64,000 bases of DNA from a virus (IMGVR_UViG_3300031420_000399), one strand, 5' to 3'. Positions 43,479 through 52,989 are shown, numbered from the stretch's first letter. Numbers and translations: made by a program. The notes: generated from the sequence alone by a model not told the origin.

Positions 43479-44048
43479 ATGGTTCGGCAGATCCTGGGCT
43501 CCACTCGGAGCTTCGATGAGCTCATCCTCGAGTACACGGGCATGGAGGACCACGAGCGCATCGCTTTCCTTCGCCGTCAGGTCCTGGGGCTGAAGATGCT
43601 CAGCAAGAACGAGCGCCAGTACATGGAAGAAGAAGACCCTGAGGACCCCGAGTACTACGGCTGGCTCCTCTCCCTGGTTCAGCAGCGGAAGGATGTGCTG
43701 CAGCGGATCAACGCGCTCAACTGGCTCCTCGGCATTCCTCGCACTGGCGCCGCTAACCTTGCGGCTCAGGAAGAGGCAGAGGCGCTCGAGGATCGGATCG
43801 GTCTTCACACGAGCTTCTACTCATCCTTCGATCTCCGAACTGTCAGGAACACCAAGCTGGCTCGAGTCTTTGACTTCCTTCAGGTCCTCGACGAGGAGCT
43901 CGAGTTCACCACGGTGAACCCCTCGGACACTCCAGGCTACTACGAGGAGCTCGAACACTTCGCACTCCAGAGCATCGGAGCCCTCAACCGGATCATCGCT
44001 GCCCAGCGTGTGATCGACCAGCGCGAAGCGCAGGAGGAGAAGAACTGA
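43479..44048 (+). CDS. paralog-trio protein B (189 aa)
   Basis: SD GAGGAAGGAAAC; motifs QRINALNWLLGIPRTGAAN and GYYEELE. Confidence 0.6.
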   Translation: MVRQILGSTRSFDELILEYTGMEDHERIAFLRRQVLGLKMLSKNERQYMEEEDPEDPEYYGWLLSLVQQRKDVLQRINALNWLLGIPRTGAANLAAQEEAEALEDRIGLHTSFYSSFDLRTVRNTKLARVFDFLQVLDEELEFTTVNPSDTPGYYEELEHFALQSIGALNRIIAAQRVIDQREAQEEKN

Positions 44049-44049
44049 C

Positions 44050-44403
44050 ATGGCCATCGCAGCAGCACTCCGTGACCTGGTTAGCGCCCACGAGTTCGAT
44101 CTGAAGGAGCTGAGCTACCAGATCTTCCTCTTCGATGACACCCGAGCAACCAAGCGTGTCGAGCTCATCGAGGAGCTCGCCTCCATCGCTGAGACCGAGA
44201 TCCGGCTCCTTGCAACGCAGGATGAGACACTCGGCGTCTACGGTCCCGACGGGGATGTCCTGGGCTACTACGAGGCCCTGGAACTCGTTGCTCGCAGTAA
44301 GGTCGAGGTGCTCATGCAGCTCAATGCCCTGGATTCGGCTCAGGATAAGACCGACCGGCGCCGGAAGGCAGCTGCTCAAGCCCTGGCGGAGTCGGAGTAC
44401 TGA
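44050..44403 (+). CDS. paralog-trio protein C (117 aa, shorter)
   Basis: SD GGAGGAGAAG; GYYEALELVARSKVEVLMQLNALD. Confidence 0.55.
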   Translation: MAIAAALRDLVSAHEFDLKELSYQIFLFDDTRATKRVELIEELASIAETEIRLLATQDETLGVYGPDGDVLGYYEALELVARSKVEVLMQLNALDSAQDKTDRRRKAAAQALAESEY

Positions 44404-44460
44404 GCCCCCGGTGGCTCCACAGCATCGGTAGTAGCACGATCCTTCGAGGATCGAAAGCTG

Positions 44461-44489
44461 TTGCTAGGGCTGTTCCCGTGGTGTATGGT
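44461..44489 (+). promoter_or_regulatory. promoter: TTGCTA-17-tgTATGGT upstream of the AAA ATPase
   Basis: about 60-nt leader to GTG 44549. Confidence 0.5.
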
Positions 44490-44548
44490 GGATCTTGACA
44501 CCACCCATCAGACAGGAACCTCCATCCTGTCCACAGGAAGAGACTTCA

Positions 44549-45904
44549 GTGACAGACCAGATCCTCCCCGACGACTTCGATCCGAAGGTCCTCGAGCTCG
44601 CTCAGTCCCTCAGCAAGGAAGAGCTCGAGCAGGCCGTCGGCATGAACTTCGGCCAGGTGCTCCTCGGCAACCGGGAAGCCCACCGGGACACCTACAACAG
44701 CGTGGATGGCTTCCTCAAGTCCATCCTCTTCGGGATGATCCCCGAGGACACCGGAGAGCAGCTTCCCGAGAACTTCCAGAAGGCCATGGACACGCTCCGG
44801 ATGGTGGGCCACGATCCCGATGAGTTCGACACCCACATCTGGAAGAGCCGGGTCTACGAGCGCTTTGTGAAGTCCAACGACTGGCAGGTCTTCCCGGAGG
44901 TTGACTGGTCAGAATCCTACCGCTCCGTGGACACCGGCCACTATGTGCCCGCCCTGAAGGGCTACCAGCACCGCTACTTCCTCAACGAGGAGCTCAACAT
45001 CCTCGTCAAGTACGAGATCGGCTACGGCGGAGTAGTGGAGCTGGAGATCTATGGCGATGTGAACCAGGATGAGATCGACGAGCTCATCAACACCGTGGCC
45101 AACTATGTGGTGCTCCCTGACCCCTACGACGGTCGGATCGTTCGGCTCCACATGGACGAAGACGACAAGCTTCAGGTCAAGACCATGGAGCTCAACCTCG
45201 GCAAGATCAGCGGCTACGCTCCCGATGTGGAAGCAGCCATCGGATGGATGAGCTCCATCGCAGACGAGGAAGTTCGCAGCGAGCTCAAGGCCCACGGGCT
45301 GCCTGCCCGGGCTGGTATGCTCCTCCAGGGCCCTCCTGGCTCTGGCAAGACCACACTGGCTCGCCGGGTCGCTCGAGACCTCGCCGGAGAGACCACCGTA
45401 GTCTACCCCACGCCCGAGGTTTCCATCGAGAAGATCTTCGAGTTCGCTGACCGCTACGAACCCGTGCTCATCGTCCTTGAGGATGTGGAGTCCTTCTTCG
45501 GAGAGCGCGGCGAGAGCGACTTCAGCTCCTTCCTCAACGAGCTCGACGGGCTCGACCAGGAGGGTGGCAAGATGATCCTCGCCACCACCAACGATGCCTC
45601 TGAGTTCGATGATGCGGTGACTCGACCCGGCCGGCTCGAGCGCAGCGTCGTCATCGCAGATGTGCAGCCCGGCGCCCACCTGGAGATGGTGAAGAATCGA
45701 CTCCCGAAGGAATCAGAGGCCAACCTGGAATCTCTCCTTGGAGTGATCCGAGAGAAGTGCGAAGTTGCCAAGAAGATCATCACCCCTGCCGTGATCGATT
45801 CCCTGGCTCGCCACGCCATCATGCTCCGGCTCAGCGGCGATGGGCTCCTGAAGTACTCCCGCGAGACTTGGGTGCCCTACTACGAGACGGAGTCTCACAT
45901 CTGA
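44549..45904 (+). CDS. classical AAA-family ATPase with unassigned 230-aa N-terminal domain (451 aa)
   Basis: Walker A GPPGSGKT; second region of homology TNDASEFDDAVTRPGRLERSVVI; GTG with SD AGGAAGAGA; track TTG start 44495 lies just after the -10. Confidence 0.8.
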   Translation: MTDQILPDDFDPKVLELAQSLSKEELEQAVGMNFGQVLLGNREAHRDTYNSVDGFLKSILFGMIPEDTGEQLPENFQKAMDTLRMVGHDPDEFDTHIWKSRVYERFVKSNDWQVFPEVDWSESYRSVDTGHYVPALKGYQHRYFLNEELNILVKYEIGYGGVVELEIYGDVNQDEIDELINTVANYVVLPDPYDGRIVRLHMDEDDKLQVKTMELNLGKISGYAPDVEAAIGWMSSIADEEVRSELKAHGLPARAGMLLQGPPGSGKTTLARRVARDLAGETTVVYPTPEVSIEKIFEFADRYEPVLIVLEDVESFFGERGESDFSSFLNELDGLDQEGGKMILATTNDASEFDDAVTRPGRLERSVVIADVQPGAHLEMVKNRLPKESEANLESLLGVIREKCEVAKKIITPAVIDSLARHAIMLRLSGDGLLKYSRETWVPYYETESHI

Positions 45905-45952
45905 GCCCGGCGGCGATAGCATAGGCTGAGACCGATGGAGAGGGGAGAGCGC

Positions 45953-47059
45953 ATGGCACACGACCACGCTCTCCCCTCTTCGGCTTCAGCCTCCGGAGGG
46001 CTCCTGAGATTTCGGCTCGGAGCTGTTCTCGTTCTTGCGCTGGGAGCCTTTTCAGCTCAGCTCATCGGCGCGCTACTCACCGGATCCATCGCACTGCTGG
46101 CTGAATCTGTCCACATGTTCGTGGACCTCATCGGGCTACTCATTGCTTTCTCAGCTGCCCTGCTCCCCAGGAGTGTCAGCGAGACTAGTCGCAGCAGAGT
46201 TGGAGCGGTCTCTGCGCTCGTCCAGTCCACGCTCCTTGTGGGAGTTGGACTCTACGCGCTGATCCACGGTGTCCAGGGGCTGATCATGCCTCACACCATC
46301 GGCGGAAAGTACATGCTCTTCTTCGCGGGTGCTGGGCTCCTGGCAAATCTAGCCTGTGTGGTCATCCTTTCGGGGAGTAGAAAAGCCAATCTGAACTTCA
46401 GGGCTGCCTTCCTCGAGGTCCTCAGCGATGCCCTGGGCTCGCTTTTGGTGATCGGCGCAGGCATCGTGGTTCTCACCAGCGGTTTCTACTACGCCGACTC
46501 CATCGCTGCGCTGGGCCTCTCCTGTCTGATGGTGCCGCGGGGCATCAGGATCCTTCGGCTAGCCCTCCGGGAACTGCGACCAGTAGGTAGGCTCGTAGTT
46601 CCCACAGCCCTCATGCTCCTGGTTTCGGTCCTTGCTGGCCTAGGGCTATCCCAGATCCATCGTCAGATTTTCCCGCCACATCTCGACCTTCCGGTCTCAG
46701 CAGTCGACGGCTATAGCTGGAGGCAGGAAGCAGGCGGCAAGCTCACCTTCGACCGGAAACGCGAGATCGCCGTCCTCTCCGACGGCTGCAGCACAGCCCG
46801 GGCAGCCTATGGCCAAGAGTACGGTGGCGTGGACATCGGCACCTTCTATCTCAACATGCCAGCGGGCTGTAAGCAAGAGATCGCTATCTCCATCCTCCGA
46901 GATACGCGAACTGCCTACTACTCCGATGACTTCAAGACGCTCTACTTCTACGACTCTGCCGACAAGATCCTAGCTCGCTTTGAGTCTCCAGCCCGCAGCT
47001 CTGATCAGGATGTGCTCAACTTCTGGACGCCTGCTCTCAAGCTACTCTTCGAGCTCTAG
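45953..47059 (+). CDS. cation diffusion facilitator (CDF)-type membrane transporter with atypical C-terminal domain
   Basis: TM core with ALLAESVHMFVDLIGLLIAF and AFLEVLSDALGSLLVIGAGI; SD GGAGAGGGGAGAG before ATG 45953. Confidence 0.55.
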   Translation: MAHDHALPSSASASGGLLRFRLGAVLVLALGAFSAQLIGALLTGSIALLAESVHMFVDLIGLLIAFSAALLPRSVSETSRSRVGAVSALVQSTLLVGVGLYALIHGVQGLIMPHTIGGKYMLFFAGAGLLANLACVVILSGSRKANLNFRAAFLEVLSDALGSLLVIGAGIVVLTSGFYYADSIAALGLSCLMVPRGIRILRLALRELRPVGRLVVPTALMLLVSVLAGLGLSQIHRQIFPPHLDLPVSAVDGYSWRQEAGGKLTFDRKREIAVLSDGCSTARAAYGQEYGGVDIGTFYLNMPAGCKQEIAISILRDTRTAYYSDDFKTLYFYDSADKILARFESPARSSDQDVLNFWTPALKLLFEL

Positions 47060-47078
47060 AGCCTTTTTAGCCTTTCGG

Positions 47079-47108
47079 TTGCATTTTCATCAGCGACCAT
47101 GTTACGGT
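47079..47108 (+). promoter_or_regulatory. promoter: TTGCAT-18-tgtTACGGT (ATG 47192)
   Basis: spacing and hexamers. Confidence 0.45.
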
Positions 47109-47191
47109 TGAAATCCATCGATCGGAATCTCCGGTCAGGAACTCACCTTGAGTCCCACCGATAGGAATAGCCGAAACCGAGAGGACCAATC

Positions 47192-47437
47192 ATGGCCACC
47201 ACACCCAAGAACGAAGAGAAGCTCGCAGAGTTCGAGGAAGCGCTCCGAGAGCTCGGAGAGAGCCTCAGCCCCGCCGACATCTCCAGCTCGATCCACACCC
47301 TGCGAAGCTCGAAGCTTGAGGATGCAGCCCGGGCGGCGATCTACCTCGAGAGGCTCCACCAGAACGACCGCAACGCCGACTGGGACGGCCTCCTCCCCGT
47401 GGATGCCTATCTCGAGACCCTGCGGGAAGAGATCTAA
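47192..47437 (+). CDS. hypothetical protein (81 aa)
   Basis: SD GAGAGGA; promoter 47079-47108. Confidence 0.55.
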   Translation: MATTPKNEEKLAEFEEALRELGESLSPADISSSIHTLRSSKLEDAARAAIYLERLHQNDRNADWDGLLPVDAYLETLREEI

Positions 47438-47584
47438 GCACCCGATCGGACTGCACCGGGGTCCTGAGGTCATAGCTCGCAGTCTAAGACGGTCGTAGTG
47501 GCCGACGGCTGTTCCTCACATTAGAGAGCTATCTGTCGAAGAGAGACGCCGGGAGCAATTTCCGGCCGATGCTAAGGAGCACCC

Positions 47585-48958
47585 ATGGGAGACGGACCCG
47601 GCTACAACCCCTACCGCAAGGCCAACGGGGAGTTCGCCTCCCGGGAGGAGATCGGCGACATCGGTGATCGAGTCTCAAGCGATCTCACAGCTGCCCGGCA
47701 GGATGGGAACGAACGACTCGCCGCTGAGATCGAGGGCTACGCCATGGAGAAGCTCCCCGAAACAGAGCTCGGAAGAGGGCTCCTCGAGGCTCGCTACGGA
47801 AACACGGCCACTGCTCGAAAGGCCGATCTGTCTCACTCGAAGCTCGGAGTCAGAGAGCTTCAGAAGCTCGCCAAGGACACGGACGACTCGGAGCTGCAGC
47901 TCGAAATCGCCCGCCGCGGCAATAGCGCCGCTCGAAAGAACCTGGCGCGCAACGCTTCGGCCACACCAGGTGCGCTTTCCCTCGCCTACAGCTCAACCGA
48001 TGATGACGGAGTTCGCCGTGAGATCGCAGCGAATCTTTCTAGCGACCTCGAACCTATGGACCCTGCCCACGCAGCCCACGGCATCGGTGAGGCAGTTCGG
48101 CTATCCACCCAGGGATCTACTCGAGAGCTCCGGGAGCGCTCTAAGCGCCGGGCAGAGGCACTTCAGTCGGCTGCATGGATCGATGACAGCACGGTTCGGG
48201 CTCTCAGGGATCGCTGGGAAGCTCAGAACGGTGAGAGCAAGGGACTCTACCGCTCCGAGGACCCCGCAGTACATCGGATCATGGCAAATCCAGCCAACCA
48301 GGTCTCAGAAGATCTTGCACTGGAGTACGCCCAGAGCAGTCCTCTTGCAGCAAGTGTCGCCCTGGGCTCCGGCAAGATCAGCTCTGAGCGCCTCAATGAG
48401 CTCCCTCCGAGCTCTGCTCGATTCTCGAAGATCACAGATGAGGAGCTCCTCAGGGAGGGTGCTGCTCTAGCAAGCCGTGGCCACTGGGACCGGGTAGAGG
48501 TCGATACTGCCTGGGGAAGAGAGGATCCGATCGGCCGGCCGGGCCGGGAGATTGCCCAGAGCATCATTGAAAACCCCCAGACGCCTCCCGATGCGCTCGC
48601 ACGCTTTGCTGGCAATGGCCGGGCTGATCAGCTTGCGCTGTACCGCCACCCCAATACCACAGAGGAACTGAAGTCAAGCCTTCGGAACTCCAGCCCAGTG
48701 GTTCGCTCTGAGCTTCGCATCGAGAAGGCCCAGGGAACCAGAGAGCGCAGTGAGCTCAGGAACGAGCTCATCGTATCCGGCGGTCAGACCGATACCCGCC
48801 GGGGCTACCACAGCGCTGACTACGCCCTGGACAGGGAGAAGATCGAAGCCTACAGGCTCACCGATCGGGATGTCGAGCGACTCATGGGCAGCGGAGTTGG
48901 CTACAAGTACGATCCAGAGACCGGTCGCTATGGAGGTAGCTACGACAGCGGTGACTGA
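47585..48958 (+). CDS. LRV/HEAT-like repeat protein with conserved N-terminal module (457 aa)
   Basis: SD AAGGAG; N-terminus GYNPYRKANGEFASREEIG shared with 53034; repeated VR...NP...L segments. Confidence 0.6.
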   Translation: MGDGPGYNPYRKANGEFASREEIGDIGDRVSSDLTAARQDGNERLAAEIEGYAMEKLPETELGRGLLEARYGNTATARKADLSHSKLGVRELQKLAKDTDDSELQLEIARRGNSAARKNLARNASATPGALSLAYSSTDDDGVRREIAANLSSDLEPMDPAHAAHGIGEAVRLSTQGSTRELRERSKRRAEALQSAAWIDDSTVRALRDRWEAQNGESKGLYRSEDPAVHRIMANPANQVSEDLALEYAQSSPLAASVALGSGKISSERLNELPPSSARFSKITDEELLREGAALASRGHWDRVEVDTAWGREDPIGRPGREIAQSIIENPQTPPDALARFAGNGRADQLALYRHPNTTEELKSSLRNSSPVVRSELRIEKAQGTRERSELRNELIVSGGQTDTRRGYHSADYALDREKIEAYRLTDRDVERLMGSGVGYKYDPETGRYGGSYDSGD

Positions 48959-49011
48959 TCCTGCCCGTACACAGAATCGGACCAAGTGGTTCACTTCTGT
49001 GCACAAGTTAC

Positions 49012-49065
49012 AGCAACGGCCCTGAGCTCCGGAGAGGAAATCTCAGGGCCGTTGCTCTTTGCTCG
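49012..49065 (+). terminator. terminator: 15-bp perfect stem AGCAACGGCCCTGAG/CTCAGGGCCGTTGCT, tail ctttgctcg
   Basis: after gene 47585-48958. Confidence 0.6.
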
Positions 49066-49080
49066 ATAGTCATGTAGCAT
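49052..49080 (+). promoter_or_regulatory. promoter: TTGCTC-17-tgTAGCAT (ATG 49138)
   Basis: -35 sits in the 3' arm of terminator 49012-49056. Confidence 0.5.
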
Positions 49081-49137
49081 TGATCTCAGTAGTTTAGTGC
49101 TCCACCACACATCCACCAACCAGAAGAAGGCTGTCCA

Positions 49138-49638
49138 ATGGCTATCCATTCGGCCACGGTACTCAACCCTGAGAGCAACCGGCCCAACATCAGGCTGTCC
49201 TCCGGTCAGACCGTGCTCAACTTCCACGCAGAGGGAGATTGCTTCGGCGACATCTGCCCCGTCCACAGCCCCACGGAGCACAGTCTCCGAGAGCTTCCCC
49301 TCGCCTTCACCGGTAACCACATGGTTCGAATCATCCCCGATGTCGAGACCGACGAGGTCTACGGCTTCCACTTCGATGAGTACTCGGCAAGCCCCGTTCC
49401 TGTGGCCATCGATCCTGACGACTACCTCTTCCGAGCTTCGGGCAAGGCCATCATCCGCAACTCTGGCTACTGCGCCTACTGCGAGGATCATGTGGTGAGC
49501 TACCATCGCCACGACTACAAGTCCTGCGCCTGTGGCCGGAGCGCAGTCGACGGTGGGACGAGCTACCTGCGTCGCTCAGGCAAGATCGTCGAGACATCCA
49601 TCGTCTTCTACGCTCCAGGTCACGGAGGTGAGCACTGA
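49138..49638 (+). CDS. cysteine-rich hypothetical protein (166 aa)
   Basis: SD GAAGAAGG; Cys pairs CFGDIC and CAYC...C.C; promoter 49052-49080. Confidence 0.55.
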   Translation: MAIHSATVLNPESNRPNIRLSSGQTVLNFHAEGDCFGDICPVHSPTEHSLRELPLAFTGNHMVRIIPDVETDEVYGFHFDEYSASPVPVAIDPDDYLFRASGKAIIRNSGYCAYCEDHVVSYHRHDYKSCACGRSAVDGGTSYLRRSGKIVETSIVFYAPGHGGEH

Positions 49639-50000
49639 TGGGAATCTTTTTCCTGTTCGCACTCATCGGCCTCGCTGCCTATCTCATGTACCGGCGAGGT
49701 CGGGGACCCGGTGAGCAGCCAACTGTCTGGCAGGACGCTCGCAGTCTTCTCCGCTACGCCTTCAAGGGTAGCAAGAATGGCCCTGAGAAAAGCTCTAGTC
49801 CACTCTCCAATCCTCCTTCGGCTGTCGGTGGAATCCCTCATCCTGCCCGTCCCCTCTACTGGGATCGCAATGGTCACCACCTCGAAGCTGATCACAGCCT
49901 CACCGACGATGACCGGGCTGAGGAGATCCTGAATCTCGATGAGCTCTGGCACAAGAGCGACGGCGCAGAACACGAGCACGAACCCCGGAAGGACAGCTGA
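49638..50000 (+). CDS. membrane-anchored hypothetical protein (120 aa)
   Basis: TGATG overlap; N-terminal TM helix. Confidence 0.5.
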   Translation: MGIFFLFALIGLAAYLMYRRGRGPGEQPTVWQDARSLLRYAFKGSKNGPEKSSSPLSNPPSAVGGIPHPARPLYWDRNGHHLEADHSLTDDDRAEEILNLDELWHKSDGAEHEHEPRKDS

Positions 50001-50003
50001 GGC

Positions 50004-50351
50004 ATGGGCAAACGCAGCCGGAATGAACAGAGGGAAGAGATCGCTCGCATCCTCCATGATGCGAACACTGGCAGCATCGTGCCCGACGAGAACGATCCTG
50101 TCCCCTATGCTAGGCTTGCAGAGGCTATCATCGATGCTGGCTTCGTGAGGCTTCCTGAGAGCGAGTGGGAGTACGGCTTTGGCCGCCGCAAGTGGCTCGG
50201 AGCCAAGCGACCCCACGCAACTCCCGCGCACTCACTGGAAGACGCCAGAGAAATGGTGGCCCTCTCCGGCGAACGGGACGATGAGGTGATCTCCCGGCGG
50301 AGAGCAGTCGGTTCCTGGGAGCTCTTCGAAGACCCCCGGAAGAGCAGCTGA
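50004..50351 (+). CDS. hypothetical protein (115 aa), paralog of 50351
   Basis: SD GGAAGGA; motif SEWEYGFGRR...RRRAVGSWELFEDP. Confidence 0.5.
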   Translation: MGKRSRNEQREEIARILHDANTGSIVPDENDPVPYARLAEAIIDAGFVRLPESEWEYGFGRRKWLGAKRPHATPAHSLEDAREMVALSGERDDEVISRRRAVGSWELFEDPRKSS

Positions 50352-50851
50352 TGGCCTCTATCGAGCAACCCGATGAGCGAGAAGAGCTCACTCGAGTGAT
50401 GGCAGACCTCGGTGGCTACGGTGGTGCTCAGGATCTGCCTGATGGTGCTGAGCAGCTCTACCCCTATTACCCGGAAGCTGATGTCGTCCTGGCTGCAGGT
50501 TTCCATCGGACAGAGCCGAGCCGGATGGCCGAAGATCTGATCTGGGAGGCCCTGGAGCCCTATCTCGAAGGGCCCATCCATCTCGATCTCAACAGCCGCC
50601 CTGACAACATCGCATTCGGTGAGATGGTAGAGGCAGTTGCTAGAGCAGTAGCCCGGCTTGAGCCTCTAGACTCGAGCTGGGAGTACGGGATCACTCGGCC
50701 GGCGATCTTCGAAGATCCTGATCTTCCGGGTTCAGCTACGGCGCTCCGAAGCCTGGAAGAGGCGCGCTCCCTGACTGGAGTGAGCCCTTCCGACGACCAC
50801 TTCATTGTCCGCCGCAGAAAAGCCGGACCCTGGGAGCGTTACGAGAGCTGA
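50351..50851 (+). CDS. hypothetical protein (166 aa), paralog of 50004
   Basis: TGATG overlap; motif SSWEYGITRP...RRRKAGPWERYE. Confidence 0.5.
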   Translation: MASIEQPDEREELTRVMADLGGYGGAQDLPDGAEQLYPYYPEADVVLAAGFHRTEPSRMAEDLIWEALEPYLEGPIHLDLNSRPDNIAFGEMVEAVARAVARLEPLDSSWEYGITRPAIFEDPDLPGSATALRSLEEARSLTGVSPSDDHFIVRRRKAGPWERYES

Positions 50852-50907
50852 GCTCTCCAGCAGCATACCAACCATTCTTCTTCAATCCAAAGAAAGTAGC
50901 AAGCCAC

Positions 50908-51432
50908 ATGACCACACGGGATGAGATCCTCGCACTGATCGATCCAATCAGGGAAGAAGCCCAGGGCGACCATGGAAATCTCTACGAGATCCATGGTAGC
51001 GGTATCCGAACTACCCTGGAGCCCCTGGCCGATCTCCTCGAGGCAACCGCAGGTAGCCATCCTGAGCTCGTTGAGCTCGTTGCGCTGAGCCTTCAGGGCG
51101 AAAATCACGACCGCCAGGACGAGCTTCGAGCACTCGTGGCCGAAAGAAGATCGAAGCAGGCAGAGGCTGATCTCCTCTGGCGCTGGTCCTGGAGCATGCG
51201 AGGCGGAGACCTAGAGTCTGTCTTCACTGCCAACCGATCTGAAGTCGAGGAGCTCTACGGTCAGGAGATCTACTTCGGTGAGGTGCTCGGCAAGCACTCG
51301 AATGTCTATGGCGTCCTAGAGTCAGAGGAGTTTGAGGTGCTCTCCGAGGATCCGCAGCTCGTCGAGCTCTTCCAGAAGCATGTGGGCTCCACGGGCCACA
51401 ACCCCCTCGACTACATCGAGGAAGAGGACTGA
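50908..51432 (+). CDS. acidic hypothetical protein (174 aa)
   Basis: ORF with terminator 51522-51568 downstream. Confidence 0.5.
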   Translation: MTTRDEILALIDPIREEAQGDHGNLYEIHGSGIRTTLEPLADLLEATAGSHPELVELVALSLQGENHDRQDELRALVAERRSKQAEADLLWRWSWSMRGGDLESVFTANRSEVEELYGQEIYFGEVLGKHSNVYGVLESEEFEVLSEDPQLVELFQKHVGSTGHNPLDYIEEED

Positions 51433-51521
51433 GAGCACCCTGCTTTCTGCTGTAGTTGGGGTGTAGCGCATCGTCACCCGGAACCGTATCTACTGAGGAA
51501 AGTCGGCTCTAGTTCCGTGAG

Positions 51522-51568
51522 ACGCAGCCTAGAGCATCGACAGCTATTGATCTCTAGGCTGCGTTTTC
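51522..51568 (+). terminator. intrinsic terminator: 13-bp perfect stem ACGCAGCCTAGAG/CTCTAGGCTGCGT plus TTTT (hairpin-family element e3)
   Basis: after gene 50908-51432. Confidence 0.7.
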
Positions 51569-51644
51569 AGCTGCGAAATTCCGACCTTGAGCTGAGACCG
51601 AAAATCGCTCGGTGGACGGGTGAGAGGATCAAGCTACGCTCCAG

Positions 51645-51673
51645 TTGCGCTTGACAATGTTCCCGTGTAGTAT
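51645..51673 (+). promoter_or_regulatory. promoter: TTGCGC-17-tgTAGTAT, leaderless ATG 51680 (SprT-like)
   Basis: 6 nt gap. Confidence 0.6.
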
Positions 51674-51679
51674 TGCCTC

Positions 51680-52435
51680 ATGGACACCACCAGCTCTCCC
51701 CGTAGAGGCACCTATTGGATCGCCAAGAGCCAGGAAGAGCGGCGACTCCAGGGGATCATCCTCGACACGCTCCGGGACCACGGTGCATCCGGTTGGACCG
51801 TGATCTTCGGTCGACAGACCGGGAGCATGGGCTACTGTAACTCTGGCACCCGGGAGATCTGCATCTCACGGCGGGTGCTCCTCAACGGCTGGGACCACGC
51901 GCTGGACACGGCACTCCATGAGGTTGCCCACGCTCTCACCACAGACGAGAAGTCGGCTCACGGACCTCGCTGGAAAGCGATGGCTCGAAGGCTTGGAGCT
52001 AGCCCATGGGCTAAGCAAGACTTCATCTTCGAAGACCGCAAGGGTGAACTCAAGACCGTCAAGACCAACTACGGTCCCGTCGAGATCCGGATCGGTGATG
52101 AGGTTGATGTTCAGTCGGACATCGGCAAGCTCCGCATCGTGGATGTCCGTCGGACTAAGTGCACGGCCAAGAGCGCACTGGGGAGCACCTACACCATCCC
52201 GGTGGACATCCTTCACCCGAACTACGGCACCAATCGAGTGCCCCTGAAGTCGATCACACTGAAGGACCTCCGGGGCAATCCCTTCACGATCACCCTCGGC
52301 CACACAATCTACAACCACCACGGCGTCGACTACACGGCCTGCTGGACCATCGGCAAGCGAGTGCTCTGCATCAGCGCCGATGGATCCCGGATCCGCGTGC
52401 ATGAGTCACTTTTCGCAGACAAGGACAACAGCTGA
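51680..52435 (+). CDS. SprT-like zinc metalloprotease domain protein (251 aa)
   Basis: leaderless ATG 6 nt after tgTAGTAT (51668-51673); HEVAHAL followed by HGPRWKAMARRLGA. Confidence 0.6.
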   Translation: MDTTSSPRRGTYWIAKSQEERRLQGIILDTLRDHGASGWTVIFGRQTGSMGYCNSGTREICISRRVLLNGWDHALDTALHEVAHALTTDEKSAHGPRWKAMARRLGASPWAKQDFIFEDRKGELKTVKTNYGPVEIRIGDEVDVQSDIGKLRIVDVRRTKCTAKSALGSTYTIPVDILHPNYGTNRVPLKSITLKDLRGNPFTITLGHTIYNHHGVDYTACWTIGKRVLCISADGSRIRVHESLFADKDNS

Positions 52436-52989
52436 TGACAACCTCTGGAGTAGTCTACTCTGATTTCGACGGAGTCTACAACATCCCCAAGCGAGAGGGA
52501 CTTTCCTCCGTGAAGGTCCAGACAGCTGGATCCAAGTTCTTCCGGGAAGAGACGATCGTTGCCTGGAACCGGGAGATCCTCGAGCTCCTCGGAGAGTTCC
52601 TGCAGCTCACGGGCTTTATCTTCGTCTGGCTCACCACCTGGAACGAGCACTCACTGATCAAGCGTGCAGCTAGCGGTATGGAGTTCGCCCACAGTGACCA
52701 CGCTCCGGCAGCGCTCAATCACGCCGCTAAGGGGAGTAAGGAGTGGACCGAGTGGAAGGCGCTTCACATCATCGAGGATCAGCGTCGCAATCCCCGGCCC
52801 TTCGTGTGGATCGATGACAAGGCTCCCCTCTTCTGGCGCGAGTTTGTAGAAGAGCACACAGATGCCCCATCGCTGATCATCACCACCGACTCCCACAGCG
52901 GACTCACCAAGGATGAGCTCCTCAAGATGGTGGACTGGTTCGAGACACTCAAGCGCCTAGAGGCTACCACCGGTTCAGCCTCCGATTAG
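52435..52989 (+). CDS. HAD-superfamily-like protein (HAD_SAK-like pattern), 184 aa
   Basis: TGATG overlap; motif I VYSDFDGV, FVWLTTWNEH, FVWIDDKAP. Confidence 0.5.
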   Translation: MTTSGVVYSDFDGVYNIPKREGLSSVKVQTAGSKFFREETIVAWNREILELLGEFLQLTGFIFVWLTTWNEHSLIKRAASGMEFAHSDHAPAALNHAAKGSKEWTEWKALHIIEDQRRNPRPFVWIDDKAPLFWREFVEEHTDAPSLIITTDSHSGLTKDELLKMVDWFETLKRLEATTGSASD

